Assembly: GCA_050124735.1 (NCBI GenBank)
Contig: JASFEQ010000005.1
Span: 1-31,988 of the forward strand
Length of the DNA stretch: 31,988 nucleotides
Origin: Desulfobacteraceae bacterium
GTDB lineage: Bacteria; Desulfobacterota; DSM-4660; Desulfatiglandales; HGW-15
Direction of reading: 5' to 3'
The notes below the pieces were generated by a model. The model was not told where the DNA came from. It saw only the letters and a list, made by a program, of their open reading frames with translations, and searched no databases. The translations under genes were made by a program, and so were the position numbers. Positions 26,726 to 31,988 of this stretch are shown piece by piece; within the stretch, counting starts at the first letter, position 1, and every line of letters begins with the position of its first letter.

Positions 26726-26883
26726 GCGCAAAGGCGGCTGAACGGGAGAATCTGCTGGGTTTTTTGCTTGGATTAATAATATATTGTATTTGATATATCG
26801 GATATGCTAAGTTGATAAGTGCCCGGTTTTACCCATCCTGGGAGAATCTGCAAAAGATATTCTAGAAAGGAATCAGCACAGAA

Positions 26884-27306
26884 ATGACAGCTTCAAAGGG
26901 CCCTATTTTGGCCCTGTTCTACTGCCAGAATACGCCTGGTAGCACCGAAAAGGAGAGACAGGCCCTGGAGGAGAAGTATGGGGCGTCCCTGCGCCTCTTC
27001 CCCATTCCCTGCAGCGGGCGGTTGGATCCTCTTCACCTCTTGAGAGCGCTTGAGGAATTTGCCGACAATGCCTATCTCATCAGCTGTCCCGAGGGGGCTT
27101 GCCGATATTTTGAGGGAAATCGGCGGGCAAAAAAGCGTGTGGAAAGAACGCAACAGATTATCGAGGGGATTGGTCTGGAGAAAGAGCGGGTTGGGCTCAT
27201 TGTCAGGTCAAAAGAGGATTGCAGGCCCCTTGCAAAGCTGGCAGAGGAGATAGTGGATTTGACCTCCAAACTGGGCCCCTCGCCCGTGCACAAGAAGGCT
27301 GCATAG
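26884..27306 (+). CDS. mvhD: MvhD/FlpD-like iron-sulfur protein (methyl-viologen-reducing hydrogenase delta-subunit domain)
   Basis: 140 aa. 'ILALFYCQNTPG', 'FPIPCSGRLDP' and 'AYLISCPEGACRYFEGNRRAKKR' match the FlpD/MvhD Cys pattern. Confidence 0.7.
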   Translation: MTASKGPILALFYCQNTPGSTEKERQALEEKYGASLRLFPIPCSGRLDPLHLLRALEEFADNAYLISCPEGACRYFEGNRRAKKRVERTQQIIEGIGLEKERVGLIVRSKEDCRPLAKLAEEIVDLTSKLGPSPVHKKAA

Positions 27307-27336
27307 CAAAGGAAGAACTGACGTCCTGACAACCAT

Positions 27337-27455
27337 GTCATTGCGAGGAGTCCCGCGGGGGCGGGACGACGGAGCAATCTCAAAGAGGACGAGATTGCCA
27401 CGCCTTTTCCCGAAGGGACTCTCGTCCCATCAGGACGCAGCGGGCTCGCAATGAC
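27337..27455. repeat. Intergenic palindromic repeat element, copy 2 (perfect 11-bp TIR GTCATTGCGAG / CTCGCAATGAC)
   Basis: It has the same block order as copy 1 and an internal GCAATCTC-AAAGAGGAC-GAGATTGC hairpin. Confidence 0.5.
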
Positions 27456-27506
27456 CTTTAGAAGGAGCCTAACGAGTCTGTAGGAATCAAGAAGGAGAGA
27501 GAAGTT

Positions 27507-28175
27507 ATGATTACAGCAGAACAAAAACCCATTGACGAAATCAGGGAGATGATCGCCCCCTACAAGAAAATCTTGGTCTTGGGCTGCGGCTCCTGTGTGG
27601 CCGAATGTGCTGCGGGAGGCGAAAAGGAGACCGGTGCATTGGCGTCCATACTGCGCATGGCCACCAAGATGGAGGGAGGGGATGTGCTTATTGAGGAAAA
27701 AACGCTGGATCGTCAATGCGTGAAAGATTTTGTTATAGAGTTGGACGATATCATAGAGCAATACGACGCCGTTGTCTCATTGGGCTGCGGAGCAGGAGTC
27801 CAGGCCGTGGCAGATATGTTTCCTGAGATTCCCATCATACCGGCCCTGGATACGGAATTTTTGGGTGAGACCAGGGATCAGGGATTGTGGGTGGAGAACT
27901 GCCTCGGTTGTGGGGACTGCATGCTCTATTTTTTTGGCGGCGTATGTCCTCTTGCACGTTGTTCAAAGCAACTCCTCAACGGCCCCTGTGGCGGATCCAT
28001 GGAAGGTAAATGTGAAGTGAACCCTGAAGTTCCATGCGCCTGGCAGGTGATTATCGACAGATTATCTTCCTTCGACGCCCTTGAACGGCTTGAGTGGGTT
28101 TACCCGCCAAAGGATTGGACCAAGAAGCAGGGCAAGGGACCAAGAAAGATCATCAGGGAGGATCAGCAAAAGTGA
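27507..28175 (+). CDS. metV: MetV-type protein (methylene-THF reductase C-terminal domain; Cys-rich FeS/Zn)
   Basis: 222 aa. It has 'LVLGCGSCVAECAAGG', 'CLGCGDCML' and the hallmark 'LLNGPCGGS'. An AAGGAGAG SD lies upstream. Confidence 0.75.
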   Translation: MITAEQKPIDEIREMIAPYKKILVLGCGSCVAECAAGGEKETGALASILRMATKMEGGDVLIEEKTLDRQCVKDFVIELDDIIEQYDAVVSLGCGAGVQAVADMFPEIPIIPALDTEFLGETRDQGLWVENCLGCGDCMLYFFGGVCPLARCSKQLLNGPCGGSMEGKCEVNPEVPCAWQVIIDRLSSFDALERLEWVYPPKDWTKKQGKGPRKIIREDQQK

Positions 28176-28180
28176 AAGAT

Positions 28181-29098
28181 ATGAGCAACCTGAAAAAGGT
28201 ACTTGAAAAAGGAGAGTTTGCAGTGACCGGGGAGTGTGGTCCTCCCAAGGGTGCGGACCCCGATGCAGTGCTCAAAAAGGCAGAGCTATTGAAAGATAAG
28301 GTGGATGCCATAAATGTGACCGACAACCAGACGGCCATCGTACGCATGTCAAGTCTGGCTGCCTGTAGCCTTTTGAGATCGGCGGGGTTGGATCCTGTGC
28401 TGCAGGTGGTGGTCAGAGACCGGAATCGGATTGCTCTCCAGTCTGACATATTGGGGGCCTCCGCCGTTGGGATCCGCAATGTACTCTGTCTCTCGGGCGA
28501 CCATCAGGGTTTTGGCAATCAACCCCAGGCCATGGGTGTATTTGATCTGGACTCTATTCAGTTCGTCAGTGTGGTGAAGAATATGCGGGACGAAGGGACC
28601 ATTCTGGGGGGTGAGCCCCTGAGCAAGGCCCCGGAACTCTTTATTGGCGCAGCCGCAAACCCCTTTGCCGATCCGCTCTCCTTCAGGGTCGTTCGACTGG
28701 CCAAGAAGATCAACGCGGGAGCCGATTTTATCCAGACCCAGTGCGTATATAATCTGGATAGGTTTGAGGAATGGATGAAGATGGCAAGGGATAAGGGCCT
28801 CACGGATAAAGCCTTCATCCTTGGAGGTGTGACACCTCTGAAGTCCCCTGGCATGGCAAAGTATATGAACAAAAAGGTGGCGGGCATGGACGTCCCGGAC
28901 GAGATCATAAAAAGAATGGAGAGTGTACCCAAAGAAAAGCAGAGAGAGGAGGGTATCCAGATCTGTGTGGAAACCATTCAGCAGTTAAAAGAGATGGCGG
29001 GCGTCAAAGGCGTGCATATCATGGCCATTGAATGGGAAGAAGTAGTTGGTGAGATAGTGGAGAAAGCAGGGCTTCTGCCAAGACCCGCCTTTTCGTAG
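28181..29098 (+). CDS. metF: 5,10-methylenetetrahydrofolate reductase (acetogen/anaerobe-type MetF)
   Basis: It has 'FAVTGECGPPKG', 'INVTDNQTAIVRMSS' and 'VLCLSGDH' (TIM-barrel MTHFR family). The track ORF starts at 28094, overlapping metV. The in-frame ATG 28181 immediately after the metV stop gives a 305-aa MetF. Confidence 0.8.
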   Translation: MSNLKKVLEKGEFAVTGECGPPKGADPDAVLKKAELLKDKVDAINVTDNQTAIVRMSSLAACSLLRSAGLDPVLQVVVRDRNRIALQSDILGASAVGIRNVLCLSGDHQGFGNQPQAMGVFDLDSIQFVSVVKNMRDEGTILGGEPLSKAPELFIGAAANPFADPLSFRVVRLAKKINAGADFIQTQCVYNLDRFEEWMKMARDKGLTDKAFILGGVTPLKSPGMAKYMNKKVAGMDVPDEIIKRMESVPKEKQREEGIQICVETIQQLKEMAGVKGVHIMAIEWEEVVGEIVEKAGLLPRPAFS

Positions 29099-29333
29099 CC
29101 GAAAAGGAAGTCCGAAGTCCCAATAACCAAATGACAAGGAATTTTCAAATTTCCAAGATTCCAAGAGTGAAAACATATTCTTGTTGTAGTTCTATCTAAG
29201 AAATCAAAAGTTTTAAATGTTTTTAATATTTGGGGATTTGGAAATTGGGATTTTCTGGTCACATAAGCAGTTATAAAGTGGCTGCATAGGTTGAGTTCAT
29301 TAACGAGAATAGCAGGTAATTGAGGATTTAGAG

Positions 29334-30731
29334 ATGCCTTCCAAATACGTGATACACACGAAGCCGACTCCCCATCGATTCAAGGAGATTACGGAGTCCG
29401 GGATCATTGCCTGGGAAGAGGGCTGTCTCAAGTGTGCCGTCTGTGTGAAAAAGCAATGTGTCTATGGGGTATATGATAATCGGGGCCTTGATGGCCACCA
29501 GATGATTGACTCTATCGACAACCAATGCATGAACTGTTTCAGATGTGTTCAGGGATGTCCCAAGGAACTTATCCATAAATCTCTCAACCCTGAATATAAA
29601 GCCCTTGGAGATGCCCACTGGACACCAGATGTTATTGCCAGATTGTGGTATCAGGCGCAGAGTGGCAAGATTCCTGTCTCTGGTGCAGGCTATCCAGGGC
29701 CTTTTAGTGGCCCTGGTTTTGACGCCATGTGGACGGATATGTCCGAGATCGTTCGGCCCACCAGAGACGGTATCCACGGTCGGGAATACATTAACACTGC
29801 CATTGATCTGGGCAAGACACCAAGGCATCTCACTTTTGACGAAAACGGTGATCTGAAGGGTGATGTGCCGGTTTTCATAGATGTTCCCCTTCCCATCATC
29901 ATGAGAGTTCCCACTTTTGGTGCCCTGAGTGACAAGACTATGAAGGGGTGGGCCATGGCGGCCAAACGTCTGGGAACACTGTTTGCCTTGCCCGAGGATT
30001 TAATAACAAAGGATTTGGCGGACTTCAGGCCCCACCTCATCCCGCTCATTTCACCAGGGCCCATGGATCTGGAGAAACTGGGAGACGGCATAAGACTGGT
30101 GGAAATATCTTGGAAAGAGGACTGGGTAGAGACCTTCCACACAATAAGGAGATCGCATCCATCTACCTTGATATCTGTCCGTGTGCCTCTGACTGAGGAC
30201 GCGAAAGAAAAGGTCCTATCCCTTGTAAGGGAAGGCGTTTCAATTGTTCACTTGGAGGGTAGTTACCATGGCAGGGCCATGGATGACGAGTCCCTGTTTG
30301 TCAAGGAAGCGATCCGATCCGTGCATTTGGCCCTGGTGGAAGAAGGTGTGCGAGATGAGACCAGCCTATTGGTAAGCGGCGGTCTTGCCATGGCCGAGCA
30401 TGTGGCGAAGTCTATGATCTGCGGGGCAGATGCGGTTTTTATTGATTTCCCCATACTCATTGCCCTGGAGTGCAGGATGTGTCGTCGGTGCACGAAAGGG
30501 CTGTCCTGTCCAGTAGAAATAGACCAGGCCCCGTCGACCTGGGTCGCCTCACGCGTTGTTAACCTCTTGGGCGCGTGGCACAACCAGATCCTGGAAGTGA
30601 TGGGTGCTATGGGGATAAGGGAGGCACGTCGCTTGAGGGGAGAGGCAGGCCGTGCCATGTTCTTCGAAGACCTGGATGAGGCCACATTTGGATCTATGGG
30701 AAAGGTTGAGGAGGGATACGAACTTGACTAA
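29334..30731 (+). CDS. Glutamate-synthase FMN-domain-family protein with N-terminal 2x[4Fe-4S] ferredoxin domain, catalytic motifs degenerate
   Basis: 465 aa with 'CLKCAVCVKKQC...CMNCFRCVQGCP'. It is homologous to the downstream ORF throughout ('HWTPDVIARLW', 'LVSGGLAMAEHVAKSMICGADAV...ALECRMCRRC'). It lacks the GEGG, QGAKPGxGG and GGTGAAP motifs. Confidence 0.75.
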   Translation: MPSKYVIHTKPTPHRFKEITESGIIAWEEGCLKCAVCVKKQCVYGVYDNRGLDGHQMIDSIDNQCMNCFRCVQGCPKELIHKSLNPEYKALGDAHWTPDVIARLWYQAQSGKIPVSGAGYPGPFSGPGFDAMWTDMSEIVRPTRDGIHGREYINTAIDLGKTPRHLTFDENGDLKGDVPVFIDVPLPIIMRVPTFGALSDKTMKGWAMAAKRLGTLFALPEDLITKDLADFRPHLIPLISPGPMDLEKLGDGIRLVEISWKEDWVETFHTIRRSHPSTLISVRVPLTEDAKEKVLSLVREGVSIVHLEGSYHGRAMDDESLFVKEAIRSVHLALVEEGVRDETSLLVSGGLAMAEHVAKSMICGADAVFIDFPILIALECRMCRRCTKGLSCPVEIDQAPSTWVASRVVNLLGAWHNQILEVMGAMGIREARRLRGEAGRAMFFEDLDEATFGSMGKVEEGYELD

Positions 30732-31988
30732 CCACAAAGGTTTTCAATTTCCAGTGGCGAAGGGCGCACCGTCGCGTTTCCGAAACCCTATCGGAAAATA
30801 TCGGCTGGATCGCTCAAGCGACTGCATTGCCTGCGGCAAATGTGTGGAAGTGTGTCCTTATGGGGTTCACGTCATGAAGAGGGGCCATGTCCTGGTTAAA
30901 CATCATTACCGTTGTGTTGGGCCAGATTGCCCCACCCCTTGTTATGAAGAATGCCCGGTCCAGGCCCTTTCTTTAAAGAGGAATCCCACATTTGATGCCA
31001 TGGGAGATTTTCGGTGGACCCCAGACCTTCTGGCCAGCACCTGGCACATGGCTGAAACGGGTGAGGTGCCACCAGGCGGTCTTGAATACAAGATAGGAGA
31101 CTCAGATGGCGGTTTTGACAAATTGCGTCTCATCTATCCTCCCAAAGAAACCGTGAAAGACACCTTAGATCTGCCAGATAAGGACGTAGATGTGGGTGTG
31201 GAACTGAACAGGCTTAATGATAATGCCCACAAGATCAGAATAGAGGTCCCCTTTTATGGCGGAGGGATGTCCTATGGTTCCATAAGCATCACCACCATGC
31301 TGAGCAGGATTAAGGCCGCCGCCGCTTTAGGTACCTTTTGCTGTACCGGGGAGGGCGGATATCCAGATGAGCTAAAACCCTATGACGACCATGTGATCAC
31401 CCAGGTGGCCACAGGCCTGTTTGGGGTCAGAGAGGAAACCATACAGCGGGTGAAAATTGTCGAATTCAAGTATGCTCAGGGGGCCAAGCCCGGTCTCGGA
31501 GGACACCTCCTGGGGGACAAGGTGACCCCGGGCGTGGCCCGCATGCGCGAAGCAGTGGTTGGGTATCCCTTATTTTCCCCCTTTCCTTTTCATAGTGTCT
31601 ATTCAGTGGAAGATCATAAAAAGCATGTGGATTGGATAAAGGCGATGAGTCCACAAGCGCTGGTATCGGTCAAGGTCTCCACGCCCACTGACGTGGATAT
31701 GGTGGCTGTGGGAAGTTATTATGCTGGCGCTCATATCATTCATTTGGACGGAAGCTATGGTGGCACTGGCGCGGCTCCTGATATCGCCAAGAAAAATATC
31801 GCCATGCCCATCGAGTATGCACTTCCCAAGGTCCATCGGTTTTTGCAGGAGGAAGGTGTGAGAGACAAGATAACGGTGATTGCCAGTGGAGGCATTAGAA
31901 CACCCCATGATGTGGCCAAGATCATAGCCCTTGGGGCTGACGGGGTCTGCACTGGAACCGCGGATCTGGTGGCCTTGGAGTGTATCCG
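30724..31988 (+). CDS. Archaeal-type glutamate synthase GltB2-like FMN subunit with N-terminal ferredoxin domain (3'-truncated by window end)
   Basis: An open frame to the window edge is not in the ORF track. It has 'CIACGKCVEVCPYG...CPTPCYEECP', 'CCTGEGGYPDE', 'YAQGAKPGLGGHL', 'HLDGSYGGTGAAP' and 'IASGGIRTPHDVAKIIALGADGV'. The TTG at 30724 with GAGGAGGG 8 nt upstream is preferred over GTG 30754. Confidence 0.75.
   Translation, partial: MTNHKGFQFPVAKGAPSRFRNPIGKYRLDRSSDCIACGKCVEVCPYGVHVMKRGHVLVKHHYRCVGPDCPTPCYEECPVQALSLKRNPTFDAMGDFRWTPDLLASTWHMAETGEVPPGGLEYKIGDSDGGFDKLRLIYPPKETVKDTLDLPDKDVDVGVELNRLNDNAHKIRIEVPFYGGGMSYGSISITTMLSRIKAAAALGTFCCTGEGGYPDELKPYDDHVITQVATGLFGVREETIQRVKIVEFKYAQGAKPGLGGHLLGDKVTPGVARMREAVVGYPLFSPFPFHSVYSVEDHKKHVDWIKAMSPQALVSVKVSTPTDVDMVAVGSYYAGAHIIHLDGSYGGTGAAPDIAKKNIAMPIEYALPKVHRFLQEEGVRDKITVIASGGIRTPHDVAKIIALGADGVCTGTADLVALECI

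Noticed and set aside
1-31988. Looked for CRISPR arrays, transposase/integrase genes, restriction-modification or other defence-type ATPase/nuclease genes, and rRNA.
   Set aside because: No regularly spaced direct repeats with unique spacers were found. No protein had transposase, recombinase, nuclease, methyltransferase or AAA+ motifs. No rRNA-like conserved stretches were seen.

Overview
This 32-kb window looks like an anaerobic bacterial chromosome (about 50% GC with AT-rich intergenic islands), and it splits into three functional blocks.

- **1-13.2 kb, cell envelope:**
  - An AmgK-like sugar kinase translationally coupled to a MurU/GlmU-like nucleotidyltransferase.
  - NagZ (GH3 beta-N-acetylhexosaminidase).
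  - A roughly 1000-aa secreted protein with a novel roughly 26-aa beta-solenoid repeat array plus C-terminal HEAT repeats.
  - An SSF transporter.
  - A minus-strand glycan operon: CE4 deacetylase, GT4 glycosyltransferase, WecA/MraY-family phosphosugar transferase.
- **13.2-20.3 kb, glutamine chemistry:**
  - glnA copy 1 (GSI-alpha) behind a sigma54 promoter.
  - An aspS-gatA-gatB operon in which GatC is fused in-frame to the C-terminus of the aspartyl-tRNA synthetase.
- **20.3-32 kb, all plus strand, a nitrogen supercluster:**
  - sigma54 promoter, PII protein, flotillin (SPFH), glnA copy 2 (about 75% identical to copy 1), a class-I glutamine amidotransferase and AmtB.
  - Then mvhD-like, metV, metF, and two tandem ferredoxin-fused glutamate-synthase FMN-domain paralogs. 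The first of these has lost the FMN and substrate motifs.

Other points:

- Two copies of a roughly 100-bp terminal-inverted-repeat element sit in intergenic spacers.
- Several hairpins and operator-like repeats are flagged.
- No rRNA, tRNA, CRISPR array or obvious transposase was seen.
- All functional calls are by-eye motif recognition, with no database search.
- Manually derived motif coordinates may be off by 1-2 nt.
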